Source of the DNA: Octopus sinensis
Taxonomy: Eukaryota
Direction of reading: 5' to 3'
Assembly (NCBI RefSeq): GCF_006345805.1
Contig: NC_043006.1
Coordinates: 97,650,001 to 97,714,000, forward strand
DNA length: 64,000 bases
Shown here: in pieces, positions 27,058 through 40,799 of the stretch
Numbering within the stretch: position 1 is the stretch's first letter
Layout of the letters: every line of letters starts with the position of its first letter
Translations under genes and position numbers: made by a program
The notes under the pieces: generated by a model
Told to the model about the DNA's origin: nothing
Seen by the model: only the letters and a program-made list of their open reading frames with translations
Database searches by the model: none

Positions 27058-27725
27058 CATTTCCATTATAAAATTTGAAAGTGCTAGGGTTAAATACGCA
27101 CACAATCAAGTGACATCGTGCAACAGATATCCAACCAACACGTTCAAACTTTACACAGCCGAATGTGAATACATATTTATCCCTTGTATCCACGTGTATG
27201 TTATATATTCTTCTATCTACCCTCCCCCTCCTGTTTTATCTCACTTATCCTATCACCAATTTTTTGCTCTCCTCTTCACATTTCTCTGTCTGTTAATCTC
27301 TCTTCGCCACTCTTCCCCATTGCTCACGTGCTCCCACGTGACCATCGGCGATATTTCTTCTCCTAACTTGTGTTTCTTTCTCTCTCTCCGTTGTAGCTGG
27401 ATCAACGAAGACTTGTTCTTGTCTGTTTCCTGTCCTTGATTGATTTACGCGTTCGCCACCACAACCCCGTTTAGGCTTAGCAGCCCTTCCTGTTTGTTTT
27501 CACTGTCCTGTTTGTGTTACCAATTTTAACCCTTCGCAAAATCCCAAACTTTATTTAATTTGCTTTGTGGGAGCAACTGTTGTATCGAAAGCATATATTG
27601 TTGTTAAATGCTCAAAATACGAGAGTAGAGAAACAGACAACAACTGAGGAAAGGTCGTTCTTTGTGTTGTTTGTCCTGATTTCCATTTGTATCTATTGTT
27701 GTTGGAAAACATAGTTCATATTGCA

Positions 27726-28283
27726 TGTACATTTGAACACAAGAGAAACTGCCTTCAACAGGCAGTTTTACACGCTGGAAGATGTTGTCAAAACGACCAA
27801 GACCCACATTTAAGTACAGTATTTTATATTGAGAATATGTTGTATATTGACTTTCTATACATGCTAGGCCACTGGTAGTGGAATTTTAAAAAAATACTAG
27901 CTACCTCATATTTTACGGATATGGTTTTAGCAATTTTTAGAAGATTAGTTCGGCATTTATTCATTTACTGCTGACTGAAACTGCGCTCGCGCGGTGAATT
28001 TGAAAGATTATAATGTATAACGATGAGACGCGTGTTATTTGGATCTTAGTTATATGTTAGTGTTATGGCACGGTCACTGATGAGAATTTCGCCTAGCAAA
28101 TTATCTTATTTACTAAAACAAATTGAAACCTAGGTTTGACAGGAATAAAATAACAAGGTAAAAGTTTTTATTTTTCATTCCTTTTAAAAATTGCTCTTAA
28201 AGGTGGTTTTGGTCGTTTTGACTACCTCTTCTAGCGTGTAGAACTGCCTGTTGAAGGCAGTTTCTCTAGTGTTTAAATGTACA
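27726..28283. repeat. Inverted repeat with ~88-bp arms (27726-27814 / 28196-28283)
   Basis: Arms align at about 85-90%; each contains the hairpin AACTGCCT-TCAAC-AGGCAGTT. Confidence 0.8.
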
Positions 28284-28290
28284 CTATTTG

Positions 28291-28327
<37 letters not shown>

Positions 28328-28368
28328 ATATTATATATATATATATTATATATATATATATATCTATG

Positions 28369-28415
<47 letters not shown>

Positions 28416-30690
28416 ACACTCATTTATAAGCGTACAGATATTTCTATATTTGGATATTTAAATATTGATATACATGGAATACAGAAATTACAGAAATTAA
28501 AGGGTGGTCCGACAGCTGTTTCTGGGGGTTCGGAATTACGAAATAATTTTAATACTTATTATTAGCGGATGGACTGTTAAAAATGTCAAGGATGTGCAAC
28601 TAGTAGAACATTCATATAAATATTACCGTAAAATAGGCTTTCTTCGTTAGGGTGGAGAGAGCGACTATACTACGTGTTTTCTGTATTGAGCATCATCTGT
28701 TGACTCGCTCTCTCTCTCTCTCTATATATATATCTATTTATCTATCTATCTAACATCTATCTAGCTAGCTATCTATAGAAACCGCTCTTACCAAATTCAT
28801 TTACAAATCCATTAATCGAGCTGGGATTATAGTAGTAGACACTCGCATAAGATGTCGTGCAGTGGAGCTGAAACATAGATTACATGGCTGCAAAGCGAGC
28901 TTCTGAACGCTATCGTTCAGTCAGAAGACAAGAAAGTATCATCACCCTTTACAGCGCCTCCGAGGGTAAGGGGGAGAGGAAGGAAAGTGTTAGCAAATCA
29001 GAAATTTCCCTGAAATGTTTGCTGCAGTGTGGGTTTCTCCACTCAAGTCACTCAGGTCACAAGATGTCAGCCGATGATATTAAGCAGCGTGGCGGATTAC
29101 GCGTATTATTCAAAACTGCCATGGTAGGATATGGACTTAGAACTTGACGATCCAGATCAAATGCTGCAAGGCATACAGTCCTACGTTGTTGAAGCTCCAT
29201 CAACCCACCAACCGGGGCTGTTGATTTGTTAATCGGCTCGGAAGGGATTAAAAGCAAAGTTAACTTAACTGAGATTTGATCTCCGAGAGTAAAAAGCTAG
29301 AACAAATATCACGCAACATTCTATTCATCCCTTTAACGATTCTGCTAACACACCACCTATATTACCATACATTTCGGATTAATGGAAAAACCAGGACTCA
29401 CAGTAGAAAGCAAAATAGTATAAAACATTAAAAATGTGTGATAGCTAGAGACTTTAAAGAAGAAAGCGCCGTAAGATATTTTATGCACCTTGCTCCATTC
29501 ATGTAGAATTTTCGTTTGATGTTTATTTTATACAATACAGTCAACGTTGCTAGAGAACAAGACACAACTATAAAGCTACAGTAACGAGTGATGCAGTAGT
29601 TAATATTGTACGTTTATTAGGTTGTTTGGAGTAGCAGTTAGGAGGCAGTGCGTATATTATGGTGCAAGGAAATTATAGACTGAAGTGGTTTTCTGTTTAC
29701 TTCTACCAGGTCATTATTAGAATTTGAACTCGTGACGGTAGAGTAATGGAACATTTGCTTTTAATTATGCGTCACACTGTAAAAAAGGCGAAGAATACTA
29801 CATTGCGGAACATTTATATTTAGGCCCACATGGTTTTATAGAATTCGATAAGTACAATAATCTTCTCCGTGGCCGACGCAGATATTTTCTACTTCGTGTT
29901 TCGCATTGCAGACCTTTGCAATGATGGATAGCTATTGTGCTATCAGAAGCCACAGTAAGCGAAATAATATTTTCTAATACAAGTACAAGTTCTGACATTT
30001 TGTGGGAAGGGGCTTCTCGATTACATCGACCCCAGCGTTCAACCAGTTCAAAATTTGACTTCGGCGGAATACGAACTCAGTATGTTGAAGACGGGAGAAA
30101 TGCTGCTAAATTTCTTGTAAGGCGTGCTAATAATTCTGTCAGCTTGCCGAAGTTATGAACAAAGTTACAAATCCCTTTGTTGTTGCGTACGAACATCTTA
30201 AAAAAATACAAACCAAAAACATAACCGTCATACGCAAGTGTGTATGACGACGTAGCATGTACTGTGATTTCACTCGACAAAGACACTCAGTTGTCCAAAT
30301 ACTTTATCCAGTTGAACATTGAGGATGGGAAAGATGGGAGAGAGAAAGTTGCACGAGTAGTCAGCTGGTACTCATCTTCAATTGAGTAGGCTAGAAATTA
30401 GTCCTGAAAAATATAAACCACACAACACAAACACACACACACAATCTTTCTCTCTCTCTCTCTCTCACACACACACAGATGCACACACACACACAAATTC
30501 TTTCATCTTAACAGAATTTGCAGTTTTCTGCGGTATTGCTCGTAGCATACACATGGGTAGAGAGTTTGAATAGTGTATTCACATTTGGCTCTGTAAATTT
30601 TGGAAGTTCTTGGTTGGATATATGTTACATGATGTCGCTCGATTGTGTGCATATTCAGCCCTAGCACTTCAAATTTTATAAATTGGAAAT

Positions 30691-30753
30691 ACTATACTGA
30701 AGAGAGAAGTAAGTAAAATTTAAATCACTTTAATCTCGAAACGCGTATATAGT
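30691..30753 (+). ncRNA. Canonical type I hammerhead ribozyme
   Basis: ACTATA-CTGAAGA-GAGA(26 nt)TCTC-GAAAC-GC-GTA-TATAGT: all core nucleotides canonical, 6-bp helix I, palindromic helix III ACGCGT; predicted cleavage after A30747. Confidence 0.8.
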
Positions 30754-31693
30754 TTATCCTGGTCGTGTTGATTCATTGTTTGTCTCTTTGCCTTCGTAAA
30801 AAAGTATGTTAACGTCATGGAGTATTAGTCACAAGGGAGATCAAATCATAACATTAGGGTTAGTTTCTTTTCTTCATATATTCGCTCTTTCATTCATACA
30901 TAAAACTGTTTAATACCATGAAGTTATTGCTTCGAGTAAAGATCATGGTGAAGGAGATCAAATTATGAATCGATATGAACAAGTTTAAGGCGAACATACA
31001 GAGTCGACAGAAAGTAGGGCACAACTTGTTATATTTTTTCTAGTTGTCAGTTTTTTTTCTCTGAGTGTTTTTATTAAAGTTCAATGTGTTGCAAGTATTC
31101 AGGTGGTTGTAACAATTTCTGTCTCTTTTACTTCTGCATTTGATTCAGACGTTAAATTGCGGTTATACAACAAGGTCACCATTTTGAAGTGAAACTCAGA
31201 ACGTACTTCACTTGTGTCAGTGTGTGTGGTTTGAGTACTGAGTATAACTGAGTGTGGTTTGAGTACTGTGGGTAGAGAAGGAGAGAAATGGAAGGTGTGT
31301 GGTATGTGTAAATATGTGTGGTCGTGAATTTAAATGAAGAGACGTAATGAATTGAGACCCAGTCTACCGGTCATCTTGGGGCAATAGAAGAAGACACTTG
31401 CTCAAGGTGCCGCGCACTAGAGTTGGATCCAAGACGACGTAATTTCGAAGCAAGCTTCTTAACCACAATGCAAAATTCATTTTATCTAGCTTCCAGATAT
31501 TGGAAATCGCATACAGATTACTTTAAGGTAGGATAAAATCGATTCCAAATCACTCCTTGCTGTTAGCTGGGAGGTAATTTTATCTAATCCCATACGATTT
31601 CAGATTAACCTTTCAAGCATTTATCCATCGAATTCAAACCCTGCTGCATAAGTATTACTATTATTACTAATGTTGTCGTTATTATTATTATTA

Positions 31694-31737
<44 letters not shown>

Positions 31738-33035
31738 GTAGTAGTAGTAGTAGTAGTAGTAGGAGGAGGAGGAGGAGGAGGAGAGGTAGTGTTGGTGGTG
31801 GTTGTAATAGCTTTAGCAGTATTGGTTGAGTAGGAATACTAAATCGCTTTCAATGTAACTTGGAATGGGTGCAGCATGAATTTTCAATATAATTTCGGCG
31901 TGCTAACGATTCCTCCAGCTCACTGTCTTACTCTAGCTCTAATAATACTCTCTACCACTGGTGCAGGTCTTGAGAGTTAAAGGGGTTGGGCTCTAGTTCA
32001 TTACATCGACCTCAGTGCTTGACTGGTACTTATTTTATAGAGCCCGAAAGGGTAAAAGATAAAGTCGACCACGGCGGTTCTAACGGTCCAATAATCCTTA
32101 CTTTTATAAGCACAAGATTTGAAATTTCGGGGACCGAGGTAGTTGATCATATCTAGCCCAGTGCTTGGCAAGTGCGTAGCCATTCGACCCTGAGAGAATG
32201 AAGGGCAAACCGACTCGGAACGCAAAGACAGACGAAATGTCAAGAAATATTGTATCTGGCTTCTTAACGATTACATTAGCTCGTCACCGTCTACCGGTCT
32301 AATATAAAGTACTTTATACAAGAGAAAATTATATTTGATATATTTATGAGGTAATTATCTATATAATTAAAGCAACGAGAAGGAAGAATCACTAGCATAC
32401 CGGTTGAAATGTTTTGCTGCATTTCGTTCATCTTTACGTTCTGAGTTCACATTCCACCAAGGTCGATTTCAACTTTCTTCCTTTCGAGGTCTATAATATA
32501 GATACCAGTTAAATACTGTGGTCAATGTAATCACCTTACCTCCACACCCGGACTCTCTGGCCTTGTGCTAAAACTTGAAACCAATTATTTCTATTATTAC
32601 AACACACCGATAAAATTAAGTATCAGCCATGTACTGGAGTCGAATGTTCCTTAAACCTGCTGGCAATATGCCTAGGCATTAGAGCATCTGAAAAAGAAAT
32701 GGCTTGTATCATTTCTTCGGGATTTTTATGTACTGACCTTTTATCATTTATTTGTTTCATTCCTTAGACTGCGGCCACAGTGGGAGACCACCTCGAAGAA
32801 GTTTAGATGAACGAATCGAACCCAGCAGTTATTTTATAAACGCTGGTTCTTCTTATATCGGCCACTTAGCAGAACCGCTAAAATAGCCGGTGAAAAACAC
32901 ACCAACACCTGCTGTAAAGTGGTAGTGGGAGACAGACACAAACACACACAGACACACACAAATTTTCAAGTGCACACACACACACAAATTTTTAAGTGCA
33001 CACACACACACACACACACACACACAGTGGCATTT

Positions 33036-33278
33036 CAGTTTCCTTATTTCTTTACTGCCCACAAGGGGCTACATACAGATGGGACAAGCAAGGACAGACA
33101 AACGGAGTAAGTTGATTATATCGACTCCAGTGCGTAACTGGTACTTATTTAATTGACCCCGAAAGGGTGAAAAGCAAAGTTGACCTCGGCCGAATTTGAA
33201 CTCAGAACGTAGCGGCAGACGAAATGCCGCTAAGCATTTCGCCCGGCGTGCTAACGTTTCTGCCAGCTCGCCGCCTTA
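33036..33278 (-). mobile_element. Full-length SINE family B
   Basis: Minus head aaggcggcgagctggcagaaacgttagcacgccgggcgaaatgcttagcggc...gttctgagttcaaattc. Confidence 0.85.
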
Positions 33279-33753
33279 GCCAGCTAGTCACCTTTCAGTT
33301 ACCGTCTACCAATAACCCACTCACAACGCTTTGGTCGGATCGTGGCTATAGTATAAGACACTCACCTAAGGTGCCACATGTGTGAGACCGAACACAAAAA
33401 CATGTGGTTGGGAACATGCATCCGCACCTGCGCCTAACTTCATATTTCGCCTCGGTGAACTTTGCTTTTCATCCATTCAGGGTCGCTAAAGTAATTGATC
33501 CCCAAAATTGCTGGCCTTGTGTCTAAATCAATAAAAAGGGCCGTTGAGTTTATTGATTTCTTGGACAGACGGTAAAATGCCTTGCTGTGTTTCTTTCGGG
33601 TCTTTCCGTTTCAAATTCCTGTCCCACTGATATTACCTTTGCTTTTCATCAGTCAAGTGTCGAAGGTATAACTTTAATCGGAAATAAATATGATTGATTT
33701 AAATAGATTAAGCCCTTTCTGCCAAAACGTTACTAGCCTGTATTTAGTAATTT

Positions 33754-34060
33754 CTAGCAGTATCGCCCGACGTTGCTCGGGTTTGTAAGGGAAATAACTA
33801 TTTAAGCGTTTTTAGAGAGTCACTTTCCTTATATAACCCGAGCAAAAATCATTAAAAATGCGGAAAAATGATGGTAATTTTTTTTTTAATCGTAGACTCA
33901 TCGTAGACGTGCGCTAATACCCAGAAGGGCTCGATATGAATGACGACTATAAGATACCCGCTTTTGGTTAAACTGCACAGCAAAATGTGGGAGAAGTTAG
34001 GAATCTAAATCGGAGGAAACAGAGTCTCACACACACAACTTCAATTTTATATATAAAGAT
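33754..34060. mobile_element. Non-autonomous Helentron-associated element (HINE/DINE-like)
   Basis: Starts CTAGCAG with hairpin CCCGA-CGTTGC-TCGGG; sub-terminal inverted partner CCCGAGCAA at 33837-33845; short CA run and TTTTATATATAAAGAT end; T-rich insertion site. Confidence 0.6.
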
Positions 34061-34224
34061 TATTACAACACACGTATGCATGTATTGATGCACGCATGTA
34101 TGTCTGTTTCCTTTTTCTCTTCATTTCTAGTTTATTTCTGACCGACCACATTCCCAGGGACAAGGTTCTGAAGGAGAGGAAATTGTCATAGTCTCTAGTA
34201 TAAGTGTTTATCCTTTGGAGAGTA

Positions 34225-34700
34225 AGAACGTTATGCAAAATTTGAAGATTTCAGATATTGACACCATTTGTAGCTTATGAATTAAGGAACTACCTTCTTT
34301 CTCCGTAAATCCAAGATCATTTATACTTTGATCCACATCGGTTGATGTATAATCTGTGGATCCAAAAATAACAGGCATGTGTGTGTGATGTACATACGTA
34401 CTTGTGTATATATGTATGTATGCTCTCTTTCAGTTTTTATTTAAGAGTAAAGTTTGACCGATCTCCTTCCTGGTGGCAAAATTGTGAAGGAAAATATCTT
34501 GTTTTAACCATCATTCTTAAGAAGGTTATGCATATTTTTATGGTCTCAGATATCGTGATCATTTGTAGTGTATGAAATAAGGATTTGCGTTTTCTCCTCA
34601 AAATCTGAAGTTCAGGCACATTTTGCTCCAGATAGGCTGGTATGTATCCTGTTGCTCCAATAATGGTGTGAAACTAAAAACGTATCTTGGGTACTGGATA
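34225..34700 (-). mobile_element. Two tandem 3'-end fragments of an RLE-encoding non-LTR retrotransposon
   Basis: Minus frames TIIGATGYIPAYLEQN...LQMITISETIKICITFLRM (34505-34700) and PVIFGSTDYTSTDVDQSINDLGF...LQMVSISEIFKFCITFL (34225-34380). Confidence 0.55.
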
Positions 34701-34939
34701 TGTAAACTCCTTATGTCTGTCTATCTGTCTGTATGTATGTAGGTAGGTATGCATGTATCTATGTTTGTATGGTTCTATGAAATTTACTTTTAGTATTTGC
34801 AGTTGCATAATCCGAGCCAGTTATTAACAAAGTAGCAAAGATCTTTTGTTTAAAACAGCTGTTGGCGGTTTGTGATTATATCCCTGGGTATGTTGCATAC
34901 AGGTATGTGTAAGTTTCTCATCAATTCTCCATAGATGCA

Positions 34940-35101
34940 GGCACAGGAGTGGCTGTGTGGTAAGTAGCTTGCTAACCAACCACATGGTTCGGGTTCAGTC
35001 CCACTGCGTGGCATCTTGGGCAAGTGTCTTTTGCTATAGCCCCAGGCCGACCAATGCCTTGTGAGTGGATTTGGTAGACGGAAACTGAAAGAAGCCTGTC
35101 G

Positions 35102-35138
<37 letters not shown>

Positions 35139-35366
35139 ATGTGTTTGCGTGTCTGTGTTTGTCCCCCTAGCATTGCTTGACAACCGATGCTGGTGTGTTT
35201 ATGTCCCCGTTACTTAGCGGTTCGGCATAAGAGACCGATAGAATAAGTACTGGGCTTACAAAGAATAATTCCCGGGGTCGATTTGCTTGACTAAAGGCGG
35301 TGCTCCAGCATGGTCGCAGTCAAATGACTGAAACAAGTAAAAGAGTAAAAGAGAAAGAGTAAAGAG
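34940..35366 (+). mobile_element. Full-length SINE family A
   Basis: As for 25997-26408. Confidence 0.9.
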
Positions 35367-36575
35367 ATGCTTTCATTTTCCCCGCTCCCTCTCTCTTACA
35401 AATATATTTGCTCTGTTGTGCTTACTATGGATTACTGTCCCTGTTGGAACATTCCACCAGTGTTCTTTTTATTTCAAAAGGCGTGGCTATTCTGTTTCTG
35501 GTGTGCCTCTTGTATAGCCGTCAATACAAACATTCGTGTGTATAGCATTAAAGGCAGTCTTAGCGACAATGTTATTGAGTCAGGGGAGGCAATGTCATGC
35601 AGACATTTTGATATAGTACTGATAGTGATATCATCCACGGTGGTATGTCACAATTGATTCTTCCTATAACAACACGGATGTCTAGAGGCATCCTTATCTC
35701 ATTTGCTGATAAGGTATTTAGTAGGTATCTTACAATCTGAAAAATATCTGTACTTATTAGATAATTGCAAAACGCGAGAAATAGTACACGAAGTCAAGGC
35801 GCAATGATTACGGTTTGGCCGACTTTACTCGTTTCGTTAAATCATGGCTACCCTGAGGTTTTAAATAAGAACACTCAAGTAGAGATAGACAAGTCTACAA
35901 AATACCATTACTGACATAAGTATGGTGATATCATTAGCGGTATAGAATCATCTTAATTTATATACATACGTGCATAAATATATACGGATTAACATATATT
36001 CTTCATCATTTAAATAAATGGAGGAAGCTATATATTTCATCGAATTACTGATATTTCACAAACATCTTTAATGTTTTCAACATTAAAGCGTACGTACATA
36101 CATACACACACACAACACACACACACACACATACATATACACACGCACACACACACACGTACACACGCACACACACATATATATATATATACACAGAAAA
36201 TTTACAACATTTAAGATAAGAGAAGTGTTGATTTTTTCAATATTTTCATTGAATATTTTTATACTTTTGTGGAAAAACACGCCTCACGTATTTGTGTTTG
36301 GTTTTAAAAGTTTATAACAAATTACCATATTTCTTTTCTCTTCAATTCTTTCTTTCCCTCTCTCTTTCTTTTTCACTTTCTTTACGTACACATACACACA
36401 TATACACATACACACACAAACAGAAAGATACACCTCTACGTAATTATACATATGTATATACGCACTCACACAAATATATATACATATTTATATACACATG
36501 TGTGTCTTGTGTTTCTCTCCCTCTTTATCTCTCTTTGCTTCTTTACGTATATGCATACATACATGCGTATATATG

Positions 36576-36620
<45 letters not shown>

Positions 36621-37101
36621 TATATATATATATATATAAATTTATATATACAAACATACACCTACACATATACTAACATTAATGAATAAAGAATGGGGAA
36701 ATAAGGAAAGAAAAACGTAGAACAATTTTGTGGGATTTTGGTAACACACATTTTGAATTGGTGGAAATGATTAAAGCTGAAAAAATAAATAATGATTATT
36801 ATATAAAATTATTTCTTTTCGGTGAAATCTATCAGATTGGTGTAAAATATGCGAGCGCTATTTGTATTTGGTCAAATATTTGTCTGTGATAAAATCAATA
36901 TCAAAACTGCATCAATGTATTAAATTATTTTCGATAAGTTCTTTTTGATATCCAAACTTTTTAATTTATAAATTTGGCAATTTTATTACTTAAGCATATA
37001 TGCATTCGTATACACGTATAAGCATATACATATGTGTATGTAATAAATTTATGTACATACACATGTATGTATCTCTCTTTCTCTTACACTATCTCTTTGT
37101 A

Positions 37102-37171
<70 letters not shown>

Positions 37172-37507
37172 CATAAACACACAGACACACACACATATAT
37201 ATATGCATACATATACATTTGTGTGTGAGTGTATGTGTGTGTGAGTTTCTTTTTTTCTTGGAATTTCTTATTCACCTAGTTTGAATGATATTTGAAGTTA
37301 TGTATTCATAACAGGTTTTTAAAGTTAGGATGAAAGCAGCACTGTCAATAAGAGATAGAATTTACATTGCATCCACTTACAGACGCTCTAATTAATAGAT
37401 TTAATGTTACTACGGTGGTGGAGTGGTAAAAATTTAGACGCACTACACTAAGATACATTAAAGTATTGAATTATGTATCTTTACGTTACGAGTTCAATTC
37501 TCACGTG

Positions 37508-37930
37508 TTCATGCGAAACAAAAAAAAGGGGGTGATTTTTTTGGTTTGATTGGTAGTTTTTAAAAATAATTTCCCCGTAACTAAACACTTTTTAAACTTC
37601 GTATACTTGTAGAATGTGTTTATAAAACATCTTTTTCTCTTGGCTTTATTGAGAAAATTCTATAGTTTGTAAGATATTTGTTTTGTTTTTCTTCAATTTC
37701 TGCAATTTCAACCAATCAATGACGTCTATTGAGGTGAAATCATTCTGTGCCGTATGAATATGTCCCTCGTTTAAGAAACAGATTGGGTTTATTTACATTT
37801 GTGAAGAAAAAAGATACACTTCTCCCCACCCCTAAGCCTAACCCTAACCCTAAAACAGATTGATACTAGGGTCATAATTATGGGTGACAAGTTCATATGA
37901 CACCGCTAGATAAAACTGCCGGTCAAACCA
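37508..37930. mobile_element. Probable non-autonomous DNA-transposon-like interspersed repeat with a short (CCCTAA)-like run
   Basis: Higher-complexity block containing cccctaagcctaaccctaaccctaaaa; termini not resolved. Confidence 0.3.
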
Positions 37931-38129
37931 AAAAGATCCAGAAAGGGTTCTCCGTCGGCTGTTAAGAAATGCTCAGTTGTTCGTTCAACTAATTTCTACT
38001 TGAGAAATTACACGTACGTGGTTGAGTACTCCATAGACACGTGATCATTAAAATAATTCTCAGGCTGCATGCATTAAATAATTTTTAAGATATAAATTTT
38101 AGTCATAAATAAGGCCATTGAATACATAT

Positions 38130-39014
38130 TGTGATGTATGGATGCAGTTCTGGCTTAGTTCGGGCAGTAGATTTATTGACGGTACTCAACCATTCTTTCC
38201 TCTGCTTCATACTGAAGTAAAGAAACCAGTCTTCATCGCTGGTGACACAGTAAAGAAATCTTTGTATTCAAAAATAGCTTATTGTTGATCGGGCAAACTA
38301 TATATATAGCTGTGAGTGTATATGTGTGCGTGTGTGTGTTTGTGTGTATGTGTTCATGTATGTGTGTATGTGTGTGTCATTTCATTGGAGTATATCGTTT
38401 TATACGCAATTATGAAATACGTTGTTCGATAGAAAAGTGCTGGTGTTTGACTTATTTGTCAGAGTTTGTGGCACCCAAGCACTAAGTTTTTGGACTTTAC
38501 CAGTCTAGTGAAGGTGACCGACGACGAAATCATAAGAACATCCCATATGCTGGGCCAATTCTCAAGTGGGCTAGCCTGGATCCTCATGTAAAGGCTCGCT
38601 TTATCGACCTTCATATAACTGAACTGGTCGGCCAAAACTAAAAGTCTACAATCCTGAATTTCCCCTCTGTGGACCATGGAAATTATCTTTGTGATCTTAA
38701 CTCCTTTTCTATACACAGCACAAATATTTCGAGTGGCTTTGATAGATTTGGAACCTTGATTGAAAGCAAAGAGAAACAAGTGTTTAAAATGATATTATTC
38801 TATTCTTGGCACTCCATTATCGTATGTCTGAAAAGAAGTAAAATTCATTTAACATCCCAAAACAATAAACAAAACTAGTTGAGAAAGAAGAGAGTCACAA
38901 AACAATAAAACGCTACAATGAAATGAGTTTCGCTATAATACAAATAACATTCGAAAGACAACAACAAATATATCCGTCAAGCCAGTATTTAAACAGTTAC
39001 GTTGTGGTGTAATA
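38130..39014 (-). mobile_element. Degenerate mariner remnant interrupted by a TG microsatellite
   Basis: ATG at 38817 (MECQE...), FAFNQGSKSIKATRNICAVY, KLSAWVPQTL (WVPHEL motif), VTSDEDWFLYFSMKQRKEWLS...KPELHP (first catalytic D). Confidence 0.7.
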
Positions 39015-39349
39015 GGCATGACGGATTGGTGGACTAAAAGTATTTTAGCACCAAGAATTTAATGGAAGACTAATAACTCAGCGGATATTTCTACATTCTA
39101 AACACAAACGGCGTAGTTTCATATATGCAATATAAGTAGGTTGAAGAAAACGGATTAACTGGCATTATCTATGCAATTTGACAAATCGTAATTTCACAGT
39201 GTTTAAAAATCTAAAACAACAAACAAAGGATATAACGTCAATAAAATAAATTACACTTCTATTTTACTGAGATGAGGCGGTGCTCCAGCATGGCCGCAGT
39301 CAAATGACTGAAACAAGTAACAGAGTAAAGAGAGGAATATATATTATGT

Positions 39350-39950
39350 AGACAGATTATATTAGTCGGACTGGTTGTTGCTACGTTTCGGCTGCTGTAT
39401 CCTTCTTTAGATCTCCTGTGACGGACCTAACACCTTATTTGATCCATTTTCCTTCCTTTTTGTGAATTAACTTAGATCCTTGTCTGGGATTGATCTCAGA
39501 ACTTCTAGGTGACCGCACTGCATTAATCAAAGGTCTTTATTTACTACGCTATCCTTGTAGGCCAGTACCAGAGTGAATTTTAAGGACTTATAAAACTTAT
39601 GTCTATGTATTCTGCTGTGACAGTCTGAGCTTTTCTTTAATTATTGGTTCCCATATTGTATACATCTCTGCACTCAGCCTGCTTAGGAGGTTGTTATGTC
39701 CTAGCCTATGCAGTGTGTCCTTAAGCTTTCTAATTTTTCAGAGGTGCACTCTAGCTATTATTTTGATCTTCCCCCTCAGTGGTTGGCGATTTCCATTTTC
39801 CCCTCCGTGGTATATCTATACTTTCATTACACCCTCGTGTCACGGCTTTCCAATGTCCCTCTATCTCTTACACGAGGGTGGCATGTTTCTCCAGTTGTTT
39901 GCTTAAGTAAGCCATAACTAAGCAGAGCTATGATCAAAGATGCTCTAGCT
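39350..39950 (-). mobile_element. Penelope-like element 3' end (GIY-YIG C-terminus) followed by a decayed hammerhead-like motif at 39382-39410
   Basis: KIKIIAR...RKLKDTLHRLGHNNLLSRLSAEMYTIWEPII; downstream CTAAAGA-A-GG...CC-GAAAC-GTA. Confidence 0.55.
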
Positions 39951-40401
39951 ACTCCATCCATTTTCAAATGTGAAGTAAGTATGCTTTCACTTCATGTTTA
40001 CCAATGGAACGGAATGATTTGAAAGAGAAGGGACTACTATCTTTAGCAGATTGAGTGATCATGCAGATGCTACCCACAGATGAAAAGAAATAAATATTTC
40101 TAAAACTTCAATAAAGTGATATATTGCCATTATATGTTAATAGTTGAAACTATTGCACTTTGCTTACTTAACTCTGTAAATTTCTGTAAATCTCAGATAA
40201 TTGTACTGGTTCAAAATGAAAAGCAAGTAATTGGTACTATTAGATTAACACAGTTTTATTATCACATCACAACGTTTACTTAAAAGATTATACACATACA
40301 TGCATAAATATGTCATACACACACAGACACACGCGCACACACATGTATATATAAACACAGACAAGAAATACACTTTAAATGGTTAATATATCTTACACAC
40401 G

Positions 40402-40439
<38 letters not shown>

Positions 40440-40475
40440 ATAGAAAACATATACATCTATACATACAGATATATA

Positions 40476-40748
40476 CAATGTGCGATGGCTAAATTGTCAC
40501 CATCTCATATTTTAAATTTTGCGAATGCACATTGTTTGTTTTAGATTTTGTCGGATACACAGTATAGTAGGGTCAGTTGGACACCGTCTACGAGAAAAAC
40601 AGCACAATGACGCAATTCACTCTGCCAGAATTTTAGAAGCGACATGGTGTACGGCCTGGCATTTGCGTTGAAAGCTCCAATACGAACAGTTCATAGTGTT
40701 TGGGTGTCAATCAGAGGATTCGGAAGGCGTTGGATGAGTCTAACGGGT
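40476..40748 (+). mobile_element. 5' fragment of a Tc1/mariner-superfamily (maT/DD37D-like) element
   Basis: TA followed by a TIR-like CAATGTGCGATGGCTAAATTGTCACC; broken ORF from 40607 (MTQFTLPEF...GVNQRIRKALDESNG). Confidence 0.5.
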
Positions 40749-40799
40749 ATGGTTAGACCATCTCAGCTAACCTATTACAATTTCTGACAGGTTTGGAAG

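Noticed and set aside
37831-37852. CCCTAA telomere-like run
   Set aside because: Only about 3 imperfect units inside an interspersed repeat; not an interstitial telomere array.
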